A DNA stretch of 41,367 nt from Nitriliruptoraceae bacterium (GCA_007117945.1 SKTN01000138.1:1-41367); one strand, 5' to 3'. Shown: positions 1 through 11,691, numbered from the stretch's first letter. Notes: generated by a model not told the origin, from the letters alone. A program made the numbers and translations.

Positions 1-59
1 CGCGGCGCCAGCCCGGCGTGGGCGGTGGCCCGACCGGGCGATGCGCACGCCGGCGAGGG

Positions 60-590
60 TTAGGGGTCCAGGAGCCGTGCCGCCGCGGCCATCGCCGCGC
101 GGGTGGAGGCGTCGGTGACCCGGGCGGCGTCCTCGGGCGCCAACCAGGCGACGTCGGGGGACTCCCCGGGAGCGGGGGACAGCGCCGCCTGGCCGTCGGC
201 CGACAGCAGGTAGCGCAGATCGAGGTGGACGTGCCCCCGGGGACCCTCGTGGACGTCGACGTGCACCAGCAACGGTGCGCCAGCGGGGTGCCGGGCGTCC
301 ACGCCCGTCTCCTCACGGGTCTCGCGTACCGCCGCCTGCCACGGGCGCTCCCCGGGCTCGAGGTGCCCACCGGGCTGCAACCAGCGACCGAGCCGCCGGT
401 GCCGGTGCAGGAGCACCCGGCCGTCACCGTCCTGGACGATGGCCGAGCCGGTGACGTGGGTGGGGTCGGCGTGCTGGTCCAGGGGCGCGGGCAGCCACGC
501 GATGAGCGCCCGGGTCCGCGCCAGGCTGCGGACCTCCACCGCGTCACCGGGCCGGTGGCCGGCGAGGTGGTCCAGCAGGTCCACGCTCAC
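60..590 (-). CDS. NUDIX hydrolase
   Basis: C-terminal part of ORF 60..1616(-) carries a Nudix box, GGHLEPGERPWQAAVRETREETG. Start trimmed to GTG (588-590), which overlaps the upstream hemQ stop (GTGA). The long N-terminal extension overlaps hemQ out of frame. Confidence 0.75.
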   Translation of the reverse strand: MSVDLLDHLAGHRPGDAVEVRSLARTRALIAWLPAPLDQHADPTHVTGSAIVQDGDGRVLLHRHRRLGRWLQPGGHLEPGERPWQAAVRETREETGVDARHPAGAPLLVHVDVHEGPRGHVHLDLRYLLSADGQAALSPAPGESPDVAWLAPEDAARVTDASTRAAMAAAARLLDP

Positions 591-1384
591 CCGGCCGAGG
601 CCAGACCGATCTCCTCCACGAGCTCGGCGGGGGAGCGGCGGATGCCGAGCACGAAGGGCCCGAACTCCGCGTAGCGGACCGAGGCCTCGTCGTACCGGAG
701 CGTGTAGACGATCGACTTGATGTCGGCGAGGTCGTGGGCGAAGAGGCTGACGGCGTACTCCCAGTCGTCCAGCCCCGTGGAGGCGCTGACCAGCTGCAGC
801 ACCCGGCCGGTGTAGGCGCGACCGGAGCGTCCGTGCTCGCCCATCAGGCGCTTGCGCTCCTCGTAGTCGAGGGCGTACCAGTTGTCGTCGCCCTCGCGGC
901 GGTGGGACATGGGGTAGAAGCACAGCAGCTGCCAGTCGGGCATCTGCGGGTGCAGCTTGGACTCCGTGTAGGCGGCGATGCGCTCCGCGTACTGCTCCAC
1001 ACGCCGGTCGAGGTCCTCGCCGCTCACCCCCTTGGTCGCCATCTCCTCGCGGTAGCGCTCCGGGGTGTCGGTGTACTCGCTGCCCTCGGTGAGGGAGAGG
1101 TAGGAGTCGACCAGGGTCAGCGCCGGGGCCGCGGCGGTCGCGGACAGCTCGGTCTGGAGGGCACGCAGCTGGGTGAGGTCGTCGCTGAGCGCCATGGCGA
1201 TCACGTCCGCCTTGTGGCCGAGGCCCGTGAACAGGTGCAGCTGCACCCGGTCCTGCCAGGCCTCCAGGGTGGCGACCACCTCCTTGGCGGCGTGCGGCGG
1301 GAGGTGGGGTACGGCCGCGTGGTCCACGCGCAGGAACAGGTGCAGCACCCCCCAGCCGGTGCCGGGGCGGGCGGGCTCGGGCAT
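587..1384 (-). CDS. hemQ: Chlorite-dismutase-family coproheme decarboxylase (HemQ/ChdC)
   Basis: Translation resembles actinobacterial HemQ: GWGVLHLFLRV..., LSLTEGSEYT, LLCFYPMSHRR, RSGRAYTG..LQLVSASTGLDDWEYAVSLFA, IVYTLRYDEAS. Start moved to ATG at 1382-1384 (MPEPARPG...). Confidence 0.75.
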   Translation of the reverse strand: MPEPARPGTGWGVLHLFLRVDHAAVPHLPPHAAKEVVATLEAWQDRVQLHLFTGLGHKADVIAMALSDDLTQLRALQTELSATAAAPALTLVDSYLSLTEGSEYTDTPERYREEMATKGVSGEDLDRRVEQYAERIAAYTESKLHPQMPDWQLLCFYPMSHRREGDDNWYALDYEERKRLMGEHGRSGRAYTGRVLQLVSASTGLDDWEYAVSLFAHDLADIKSIVYTLRYDEASVRYAEFGPFVLGIRRSPAELVEEIGLASAG

Positions 1385-1506
1385 GACGACGCTCCTCGAC
1401 GCTTCGACCGGCAGCGTACCCCTGCCCTCTGTCACCCCCGGGCACGGCAGCGGGGCGGCCGCAGCCGCCCCGCCGTCCTCGCGTCCGGCCCGCAGCGGGG
1501 CCGGTG

Positions 1507-2115
1507 TCACTCCAGGATGGTCTTCCCCCGGACGGTGCCGTCCTCGGCGAGGTCGTAGACCAGGGGCACGCCCGTGCCGAGCTCCAGCGACAGCACGCCC
1601 TCCTCGTCCAGCTCATCGAGCTGCATCACGATCGAGCGGTTGGAGTTGCCGTGGGCGACGACCAGCACGTCCTTGCCCTGCTTGATGTCGCCGAGGATGG
1701 CCCGGTCGAAGAAGGGCAGGGTGCGCTCCGCGGTGTTCTTCAACGCCTCACCGTTCGGCGGCGGGGTGGCGTAGGAGCGGCGCCAGGTGTGGACCTGCTC
1801 CTTGCCGTAGCGCTCGGCGGTCTCCGCCTTGTTCAGCCCCTGCAGGTCGCCGTAGTGGCGCTCGTTGAGCGCCTGGTCACGGATCACGGGCAGGTCGTCG
1901 AAACCCGCGACCTCCATGATGATCCGGAGCGTCTCCTGGGCGCGGGTCAACGACGAGGTGTAGGCCACGTCGAAGTGCTGGCCCCGCAGGCGCTCACCGC
2001 CCTTGGCGGCCTCCTCCTCACCCTTGGCGGTGAGGGGGACGTCCACCCACCCGGTGAAGCGGTTCTCGAGGTTCCACAGGGACTGGCCGTGTCGGACGAG
2101 GGCGAGGGTTGGCAT
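1507..2115 (-). CDS. gpmA: 2,3-bisphosphoglycerate-dependent phosphoglycerate mutase (short form)
   Basis: LVRHGQSLWNLENRFTGWVDVPLTAKGEEEA with the catalytic RHG motif, and later VVAHGNSNR. ATG at 2113-2115 is preceded by GAAGGG with a 6-nt spacer. Confidence 0.85.
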   Translation of the reverse strand: MPTLALVRHGQSLWNLENRFTGWVDVPLTAKGEEEAAKGGERLRGQHFDVAYTSSLTRAQETLRIIMEVAGFDDLPVIRDQALNERHYGDLQGLNKAETAERYGKEQVHTWRRSYATPPPNGEALKNTAERTLPFFDRAILGDIKQGKDVLVVAHGNSNRSIVMQLDELDEEGVLSLELGTGVPLVYDLAEDGTVRGKTILE

Positions 2116-2221
2116 CGGTGACCCTTCCATGAGGTGGGGTGCGCGTGGTGGTCCGCGTCGGCGGGCGTGCGCCCGTCGCGGCTCGGCGTGGCTGCGCCGA
2201 GGTGGTCATCCACCCTCGAGC

Positions 2222-3007
2222 CTAGAGGCCGTCCGCACCGCTGGCCGGTGTCCGGCTGGCCCCCTGCAGTTCCAGCAGGGCCCGGTGCAGGGCCAGGCTG
2301 CCGCGGACCCGGATCCGCCGCGCGATCGCGGGCTGGGACACCCCCAGCGCCGCGGCGACGTCGACCTGGCGCTCACCGTCCAGCAGGCCCATCAGCGCCC
2401 GCCGGTCCCGGGCGTCGAGGCGCGCCAGCAGCTGGTCCTGGAGGAGCAGGTGGGCGTTGATGGCACCCTCGAGCACGGGATCGTCCGCACGGCACCGGCT
2501 GCGCAGGGAGGCGGGCCAGCGCCGCGAGGCGGGCAGCTCCTCGGCCTCGGCCAGGGCGGCCCGGGCCAGGCTCGTGGCGGTGGCGAGCTCCGGGGTGTCG
2601 GGACCGGCAGTGGACCGAGGCGTGGGGGCTGGGCCCTCGGGGTCACCCGGGGCCGGGGGCCCCAGGCCGATCCCCAGGCGGAGCTCGACGGCCTCCCGGG
2701 TCCCGGAGCGGGTGGTGAGCACCAGCCCGTCGGTGCCCAGCCGCAGCCGCAACGCGGCGGCGGCCGCGGCACCGATGTCGGCGTAGGCGCCGAGGAACAC
2801 GTCCCGGTCGGTGCGGCGCAGGGCGAGCAGGCTGTCACCCGCGGCCTCGACCGTGGCCAGGGCGGCATCGAGGCCCGCCAGCAGCTGCGCGGTGTCGAGG
2901 TAGCGGCGTGAGGTCACCACATCCCCGGTGACCACCACCGGTCCCCGTACCTCCGCAGCCCCGCCGGACGTGAGCTGTGGGGGAGGGGCTGCCCCCGTGC
3001 TGGCCAT
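2222..3007 (-). CDS. Transcriptional regulator with C-terminal HTH (possibly SatD-like)
   Basis: C-terminus ERQVDVAAALGVSQPAIARRIRVRGSLALHRAL looks like an HTH. The N-terminal VVVTGDVVTSRRYLD... resembles the cyclase-like SatD N-domain (tentative). ATG at 3005-3007 is preceded by GAGGAGG with a 5-nt spacer. Confidence 0.55.
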   Translation of the reverse strand: MASTGAAPPPQLTSGGAAEVRGPVVVTGDVVTSRRYLDTAQLLAGLDAALATVEAAGDSLLALRRTDRDVFLGAYADIGAAAAAALRLRLGTDGLVLTTRSGTREAVELRLGIGLGPPAPGDPEGPAPTPRSTAGPDTPELATATSLARAALAEAEELPASRRWPASLRSRCRADDPVLEGAINAHLLLQDQLLARLDARDRRALMGLLDGERQVDVAAALGVSQPAIARRIRVRGSLALHRALLELQGASRTPASGADGL

Positions 3008-3082
3008 GTGGACCTCCTCGACCTGCCGCGTCGCCGACCGTGGGGACGCGGCGCCGATGACGACCCCACCCGACGGGAGATG

Positions 3083-3113
3083 CATAACGCATACGGTTAT
3101 GATACACGTACGG
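3083..3113. promoter_or_regulatory. AT-richer inverted repeat CATAAC-N7-GTTATG plus ACGCATACGG/ACACGTACGG direct half-repeats; candidate operator
   Basis: Lies in the 287-nt divergent intergenic region between the HTH regulator (start 3007, -) and acnA (start 3294, +). It is the most AT-rich patch of the region. Confidence 0.3.
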
Positions 3114-3293
3114 ACGTCAGCGAGCCCAGGGCCGCGTCCAGCGCCGCCGCACCGTACGGCGGAGGCGGGCGCCGGCGCCGCGCTCGACTAGGTTCGCCCC
3201 CCCGCCCGGTGGCCCCACCCACCTGCCTGGGCACGGTCACCGCGGACCTGCCACCAGCTCCGTTCCACCCCGTACCGATCCGGGAGCCCGCCG

Positions 3294-6101
<2,808 letters not shown>

Positions 6102-6167
6102 GCGTCCGTGGGTGTGCGCCGCGACGAACCTGGCGCACACCCACATCCCCACCCTCCGGAGGCCACG

Positions 6168-6800
6168 ATGCTGTTCGCCCGCCCACCGGCCACCGTGATC
6201 GACGCTGAGGACGCCCTCCCCGGGCGCGACACCCCGGTGTCGGTTCCCGAGGCGCACCACGTCCACGGCCGCCCCATCACCCCGCCCTGGCCCGATGGCC
6301 ACGCCGTACTGGTGGTGGGCATGGGCTGCTTCTGGGGCGCGGAGCGCATCTACTGGTCCCTCGACGGGGTGTGGACCACCTTCGTGGGCTACGCGGGGGG
6401 TCACACCCCCAACCCGACCTACCGGGAGGTCTGCACGGGCCGCACCGGCCACGCGGAGATCGCGGGTGTCGTCTACGACCCCGAGGTGGTCGGCCTCGGC
6501 ACCCTGCTCGGTGCCTTCTGGGAGCAGCACGACCCCACCCAGAGCATGCGCCAGGGCAACGACGTCGGCACCCAGTACCGCTCGATCCTGCTCACCACCT
6601 CCGACGAGCAGGTCACCGCCGCCGCCGCGAGCCGCGACCGCTACCAGGCGCGCCTGCGCGACGCGGGTGTGACGGCGCCGATCACCACCACGATCGAGCC
6701 GCTGGGCGAGGTCTACTGGGCGGAGGCCGAGCACCAGCAGTACCTGTCCAAGCACCCCGGTGGGTACTGCAACCACGGGTTCTGCCAGGCGGCCTACTGA
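6168..6800 (+). CDS. msrA: Peptide-methionine (S)-S-oxide reductase
   Basis: GMGCFWGAE motif, VGYAGGHTPNPTYREVCTGRTGHAE, HDPTQSMRQGNDVGTQYRS. ATG at 6168 is preceded by GGAGG with a 5-nt spacer. Confidence 0.9.
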   Translation: MLFARPPATVIDAEDALPGRDTPVSVPEAHHVHGRPITPPWPDGHAVLVVGMGCFWGAERIYWSLDGVWTTFVGYAGGHTPNPTYREVCTGRTGHAEIAGVVYDPEVVGLGTLLGAFWEQHDPTQSMRQGNDVGTQYRSILLTTSDEQVTAAAASRDRYQARLRDAGVTAPITTTIEPLGEVYWAEAEHQQYLSKHPGGYCNHGFCQAAY

Positions 6801-6932
6801 CGGACACCGCTGGCCGGCGCACCACGGTCCGGCTCCACGCGGCGGCGCCCAGGCGCGTGTAGCGTGGGAGCACACCTCCGGGTGCGCAGCAGCGTGCCCA
6901 CGCCCCGCCCGCCCCGCCTCGAGGTCGACCCG

Positions 6933-9332
6933 ATGATCCCCCGCGAGCTCCGCCTGCCACCCGAGCACCTGTTCCCACCCGATGAGTGGCGGCTGGTCGA
7001 GCGGGGCTACTCCGACCGCTGGATGGGCAACGCGGAGACGGTGTTCGCGCTGGGCAACGGCTTCCTCGGGATGCGCGGCACCTTCGAGGAGGGCCGGCCC
7101 GCGATCGAGCCGGGGACCTTCGTCAACGGCTTCCACGAGACCTGGCCGATCGTGCACGCCGAGGAGGCCTTCGGCTTCGCCCGCACGGGTCAGACCATCG
7201 TCAACTGCCCCGACGCCACCCTACTGAAGCTCTACGTCGACGACGAGCCCCTGTTCCTGCCCACCGCCCGCCTCGTCGAGTACGAGCGCACCCTGGACTT
7301 CCGCGAGGGCGTGCTGCGCAGGAACCTGACCTGGTCCACGCCCTCGGGCAAGAAGGTGACGCTCACGACCTCGCGGCTGGTGTCCTTCGTGCACCGCCAC
7401 CTCGGTGCCATCTCCTACGAGCTCGAGGTGGATGCGGACGCGCCCGTGGTGGTGTCCTCCCAGCTGCTCAACCGGCAGGACGCCCGGGCGGAGGACGAAC
7501 CCCGCACCAACAACGGCAGCGACCCGCGCCGCTCCCGGGGGTTCGGGCACCGGGTGCTCAACTCCAAGGGCATCTCCCAGGACGGGCACCGCATCGTCAA
7601 CGGGTACCGCACCACGAACTCCCGCATGACCCTGGGCGTCGGCGTCGACCACGTCATGGAGACCGACAACCCGTGGCGTGCGCAGCGCACCGCCGACGAC
7701 GACCTCGGCAAGGTCGTGTTCACCGTGGACGCGCGCGCCGGTGTGCCGATCCGCATCACCAAGTTCATGACCTACCACAGCTCACGCAACGTGCCCGCGA
7801 TGGAGCTGGTGGACCGTGGCTGGCGCACCCTGGACCGCGCCATGACCGAGGGCTACGGGGCCCTCGAGGCCGCGCAGCGCGACTTCCTCACCGACTTCTG
7901 GGAGCGGTCCGACGTCCAGGTGGAGGGTCCGGCGCGGGTCCAGCAGGCCATCCGCTGGAACCTCTACCAGCTGGCTCAGGCCTCGGCCCGGGCGGAGACC
8001 ACGGGCATCCCCGCCAAGGGGCTGACAGGGCAGGCCTACGAGGGCCACTACTTCTGGGACACCGAGGTCTACGTCGCGCCCTTCCTGACCTACACCGAGC
8101 CCCGGGTGACCCGCAACCTCCTGCGTTTCCGCCACTCCATGCTGCCCCTGGCGCGGGAGCGGGCCCGCGAGCTCAGCGAGGACGGGGCGCTGTTCCCCTG
8201 GCGCACCATCAACGGCGAGGAGGCCTCCTCCTACTACGCCGCGGGCACGGCGCAGTACCACATCGACGCCGACATCGCCCACGCGATCCGCCACTACGTC
8301 AACGCCCGCGGCGACAAGCAGCTGCTCAAGGAGGTGGGTGCGGAGATCCTGGTGGAGACCGCGCGGATGTGGTCGGGGCTGGGGTTCTTCAGCCCCGAGG
8401 ACGCCGCCTTCCACATCCACGGTGTGACCGGGCCCGACGAGTACACCACCGTGGTCAACGACAACGCCTTCACCAACATGATGGCGCGGGCGAACCTGCG
8501 CTACGCCGCCGAGGCGGTGCTGTGGCTCAAGGAGGAGGAGCCCGAGGCCTACGCCGCCCTGGAGCACGCCACCGGCCTGGCCAGCGAGGAGGTGCTGCGC
8601 TGGCAGCGGGCCGCCGACGCGATGTACGTGCCCTACGACGCCGACCGCGGCATCCACCCCCAGGACGCGAACTTCCTCGAGAAGGAGCGGTGGGACTTCC
8701 AGCACACCCCCACCGACCAGTACCCCCTGCTGCTGCACTACCACCCCCTGGTCATCTACCGCCACCAGGTGATCAAGCAGGCCGACGTGGTGCTCGCGAT
8801 GGTGCTCCTCGGTGACGAGTTCTCCCTCGAGCAGAAGCGCCGCAACTTCGACTACTACGACCCGCTGACCACGGGTGACTCCTCCCTGTCCGCCTGCGTG
8901 CAGTCGATCCTGGCCGCCGAGGTCGGTTACGAGCGCAAGGCCCTGGAGTACTTCCAGTACGCCCTGCTGATGGACCTCGCCGACGTGGCCGGCAACGTCG
9001 TGGACGGGGTCCACGTCGCCTCCGTGGGTGGGGTGTGGATGACCCTGGTCTACGGCTTCGGCGGCCTGCGCGACTACAACGGCGAGCTGTCCTTCGATCC
9101 GCGCCTGCCCCGCCCCTGGAACCGGCTGCGCTTCCCCCTGCGCTTCCACGACCGGCAGCTGGTGATCGACCTGACCCACGACACCTACACCTTCGAGGTG
9201 GTGTCCGGTGAGGGCGAGGTGACCATCGACGTCCGCGGTGAGGAGGTCATCCTGCGCCCGGGGGAGCCCGTGGAGCTGCCCGCCTCCGTCGGGACCACCC
9301 CGACCCCGGTGCTGGCCTCCGAGGACGCCTGA
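6933..9332 (+). CDS. Glycoside hydrolase family 65 protein (kojibiose/trehalose/maltose phosphorylase-like)
   Basis: About 800 aa. ETVFALGNGFLGMRGTFEE, GLTGQAYEGHYFWDTEVYVAPF, DYYDPLTTGDSSLS are typical GH65 N-terminal, catalytic and C-terminal features. Start set at MIPRELRLPPEHLF. Confidence 0.8.
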   Translation: MIPRELRLPPEHLFPPDEWRLVERGYSDRWMGNAETVFALGNGFLGMRGTFEEGRPAIEPGTFVNGFHETWPIVHAEEAFGFARTGQTIVNCPDATLLKLYVDDEPLFLPTARLVEYERTLDFREGVLRRNLTWSTPSGKKVTLTTSRLVSFVHRHLGAISYELEVDADAPVVVSSQLLNRQDARAEDEPRTNNGSDPRRSRGFGHRVLNSKGISQDGHRIVNGYRTTNSRMTLGVGVDHVMETDNPWRAQRTADDDLGKVVFTVDARAGVPIRITKFMTYHSSRNVPAMELVDRGWRTLDRAMTEGYGALEAAQRDFLTDFWERSDVQVEGPARVQQAIRWNLYQLAQASARAETTGIPAKGLTGQAYEGHYFWDTEVYVAPFLTYTEPRVTRNLLRFRHSMLPLARERARELSEDGALFPWRTINGEEASSYYAAGTAQYHIDADIAHAIRHYVNARGDKQLLKEVGAEILVETARMWSGLGFFSPEDAAFHIHGVTGPDEYTTVVNDNAFTNMMARANLRYAAEAVLWLKEEEPEAYAALEHATGLASEEVLRWQRAADAMYVPYDADRGIHPQDANFLEKERWDFQHTPTDQYPLLLHYHPLVIYRHQVIKQADVVLAMVLLGDEFSLEQKRRNFDYYDPLTTGDSSLSACVQSILAAEVGYERKALEYFQYALLMDLADVAGNVVDGVHVASVGGVWMTLVYGFGGLRDYNGELSFDPRLPRPWNRLRFPLRFHDRQLVIDLTHDTYTFEVVSGEGEVTIDVRGEEVILRPGEPVELPASVGTTPTPVLASEDA

Positions 9333-9386
9333 CCCCGGCCCACCACCGCGACCAACCCCACGATGCACCCCGAGGGAGGTGTCCCC

Positions 9387-10541
9387 ATGCGTGTCCGTCT
9401 CCGCAACCCCGACCGCACCGTCGAGGTCGAGGGACCCTGCACCGTGGCCGAGCTCCTCGACCACCTCGACGTCCTGCCCCACACCGTGCTGGTCCTCAAC
9501 GACCGCGCCCTGGTCACCGCCGACCACCTGCTCCCGGCGGACGCCGAGGTGGAGGTCCGCCCCGTCATCAGCGGCGGGGCGGAGGGTGCCCCGCGCTGCG
9601 CGGTGTGCCGTGCGCCGGCGGTGCTGGAGGAACGGCGGCACCGTGCCGCGTGGTGCGCGGACCACCTCGCCGACCACGTGCAGAACCAGATCCGCAAGGC
9701 GATCGACCACCCGCCCGGGCTGCCGGCGGGGGAGCGGATGTGCTCCTACGCCGACCGGCTCCTGGTCGCGGTCAGCGGTGGCAAGGACTCCCTGGCGCTG
9801 TGGGACGCCCTGACGGAGATGGGCTACCGGGTCGACGGGCTGTACGTGGGGCTCGGCATCGGGGGCTACTCGGAGCGCAGCCGCGAGGTGTGTGCGGCCT
9901 TCGCTGCCGAGCGGGGCCTCGACCTGCACGTGGTCGAGCTCGCCGAGGAGTACGGCTACACCACACCCTCGGGTGCGGGGGCCGCGGGGCGCTCCACCTG
10001 CGGGGTGTGCGGGCTGTCGAAGCGCTACGCCTTCAACCGCGTGGCCGTGGACCACGGCTACGACGTGCTGGCCACCGGCCACAACCTCGACGACGAGGCC
10101 GCGACCCTGCTGGGCAACGTGCTGCGCTGGCAGGAGTCCTTCCTCGCCCGGCAGCACCCTGTCCTGCCCGCCACCGGCGCCAACCAGGTCCGCAAGATCA
10201 AGCCGATGTACCGGCTCTCCGAGCGGGAGAGCGCCGCCTACTGCGTGGTGCGGGGCATCGACTACGTGGTGGAGGAGTGCCCCCTGGTGGACGGCAATAC
10301 CGGCCACGAGCTCAAGGCCGCCTTCGACCTGCTGGAGGCGGCGTCGCCGGGCCTCAAGGCCCAGTTCCTGTTCGGGTTCTACGACCGTCAGGACCGCCTC
10401 GTGGACCCGCGCGCCGAGGAGGAGGTCGAGCTCGCCGAGTGCGGCAGCTGCGGCATGCCGACCACGGGTGCGGTGTGCGCCTTCTGCCGGCAGCGCGAGC
10501 TGATCGTCCAGGCCCTGCCCGTGCGCACGGGTGCCAGCTGA
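9387..10541 (+). CDS. Fusion protein: ThiS/MoaD/TtuB-like beta-grasp domain (ends ...VISGG) + TtuA-type tRNA 2-thiolase (PP-loop ATPase with two zinc fingers)
   Basis: The first ~64 aa are beta-grasp-like and end in GG (codons 9573-9578), with no stop. Then follow CAVC..CADH, the PP-loop SGGKDS (9774-9791), CGVCGLSKRY, ATGHNLDDEAA and CGSC..CAFC (10440-10487). GGGAGG lies 7 nt before the ATG at 9387. Confidence 0.8.
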   Translation: MRVRLRNPDRTVEVEGPCTVAELLDHLDVLPHTVLVLNDRALVTADHLLPADAEVEVRPVISGGAEGAPRCAVCRAPAVLEERRHRAAWCADHLADHVQNQIRKAIDHPPGLPAGERMCSYADRLLVAVSGGKDSLALWDALTEMGYRVDGLYVGLGIGGYSERSREVCAAFAAERGLDLHVVELAEEYGYTTPSGAGAAGRSTCGVCGLSKRYAFNRVAVDHGYDVLATGHNLDDEAATLLGNVLRWQESFLARQHPVLPATGANQVRKIKPMYRLSERESAAYCVVRGIDYVVEECPLVDGNTGHELKAAFDLLEAASPGLKAQFLFGFYDRQDRLVDPRAEEEVELAECGSCGMPTTGAVCAFCRQRELIVQALPVRTGAS

Positions 10542-11515
10542 TGGACACTGACCCGCACGCCGCTCCGGAGCACGCGGGCGGTCCGGTCCTGCCCGGTACC
10601 GATGCGCCCCTGGCTCCGGGTGAGCTGGTCCTGCTCCTCGACCGCAAGGGGCGGCGCTACCTCGTCGAGCTCGAGCCCGGTGCCCAGTGGCACAGCCACG
10701 GTGGACTGGTCGAGCACGACGCCATCATCGGCAGCAGCGAGGGCACCGCGATCCGCACCAGCAAGGCGATGGAGGTCCTGGCGCTGCGGCCCACCCGCGA
10801 GGACTACGTGCTCAAGATGCGGCGCGGCGCCCAGGTGGTGTACGCCAAGGACCAGGCGATGATCGTCGCCCTGGCCGACGTGCGCCCCGGGGCCACGGTG
10901 ATCGAGGCCGGTGCGGGCTCCGGCGCCCTGACCCTGGCGTTGCTGGCGGCCGTGGGGCCCACGGGGCGGGTCGTGTCCTTCGAGCGCCGCGAGGACCACG
11001 CCCGGATCGCGCGCCGCAACGTCGAGCGTTTCCACGGGCAGCTGCCCGACAACTGGGACCTCGAGGTCGACGACGTCGTCACGGGGCTGGCGGGGCGGCG
11101 CGCCCACCGGGTGGTGCTGGACCTGCTGGAGCCCTGGTCGGCCGTGGCGGCGGTCACCGAGGTGCTGCCGCCGGGCGGGATCGTGTGCGCCTACACCCCC
11201 GGCGTGCCCCAGGTGATGCGCCTCACCGACGAGCTGTGGGCTTCGGGGCGGTTCACCGAGGTCCGCACCAGCGAGACCCTGGTGCGGCCCTGGGACGTCG
11301 ATGGTCTGGCGGTGCGTCCCGCGCACCGGATGGTGGCCCACACCGCCTTCCTGACCACGGCCCGCAGGGTCCCCGCGCGTGAGGAGGGCGGCCCGGCCCG
11401 CCGTCGCCGCAAGGCCGACACCGGGGGCACCGTGGACTGGGCGGCGGGCGACCGTGCCCGGGACGCCGCCGGGGCGCCCCCTGCCGGCGAGGCTCGGGAG
11501 GGATCGCGCGGATGA
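10541..11515 (+). CDS. trmI: tRNA (adenine58-N1)-methyltransferase
   Basis: Gcd14/TrmI-like: RGAQVVYAKDQAMIVALADVRPGATVIEAGAGSGALTLALL, then VRPAHRMVAHTAFL. The ATG overlaps the upstream TGA (TGATG, 10539-10543). The position upstream of arc matches Rv2118c-Rv2115c synteny in mycobacteria. Confidence 0.85.
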   Translation: MDTDPHAAPEHAGGPVLPGTDAPLAPGELVLLLDRKGRRYLVELEPGAQWHSHGGLVEHDAIIGSSEGTAIRTSKAMEVLALRPTREDYVLKMRRGAQVVYAKDQAMIVALADVRPGATVIEAGAGSGALTLALLAAVGPTGRVVSFERREDHARIARRNVERFHGQLPDNWDLEVDDVVTGLAGRRAHRVVLDLLEPWSAVAAVTEVLPPGGIVCAYTPGVPQVMRLTDELWASGRFTEVRTSETLVRPWDVDGLAVRPAHRMVAHTAFLTTARRVPAREEGGPARRRRKADTGGTVDWAAGDRARDAAGAPPAGEAREGSRG

Positions 11516-11535
11516 TGCGTGGGCCCGTACCGGCG

Positions 11536-11691
11536 TCAGGCGCGCCGGCCCGAGGCCACCGTGGCGATCAACGCGACGGCCAGGACACCGGGGATCGCGA
11601 GCAGCAGGCTGGCACCGATGGCCGTCACCGCGAGCAGCGCGCCCACCGCCCCGGCACCGATCGTCGTCAGTAGCTCCGCGGTACGGCTCAC
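11536..11691 (-). CDS. Small hydrophobic membrane protein (51 aa), hypothetical
   Basis: VSRTAELLTTIGAGAVGALLAVTAIGASLLLAIPGVLAVALIATVASGRRA. GTG is preceded by GGAGG with a 7-nt spacer. The rest of ORF 11536..11895 looks non-coding. Confidence 0.4.
   Translation of the reverse strand: MSRTAELLTTIGAGAVGALLAVTAIGASLLLAIPGVLAVALIATVASGRRA

Noticed and set aside
60-1616. 518-aa ORF extending the Nudix gene upstream across hemQ. Similar 5' extensions occur on ORFs 9605..11515, 30421..31578, 33017..34141, 36789..37889, 37583..39013 and 39366..40715.
   Set aside because: The extensions overlap the preceding well-supported genes in another frame and translate to low-complexity sequence. Internal starts with an SD and/or a 4-nt overlap with the upstream stop give proteins of the expected family length.
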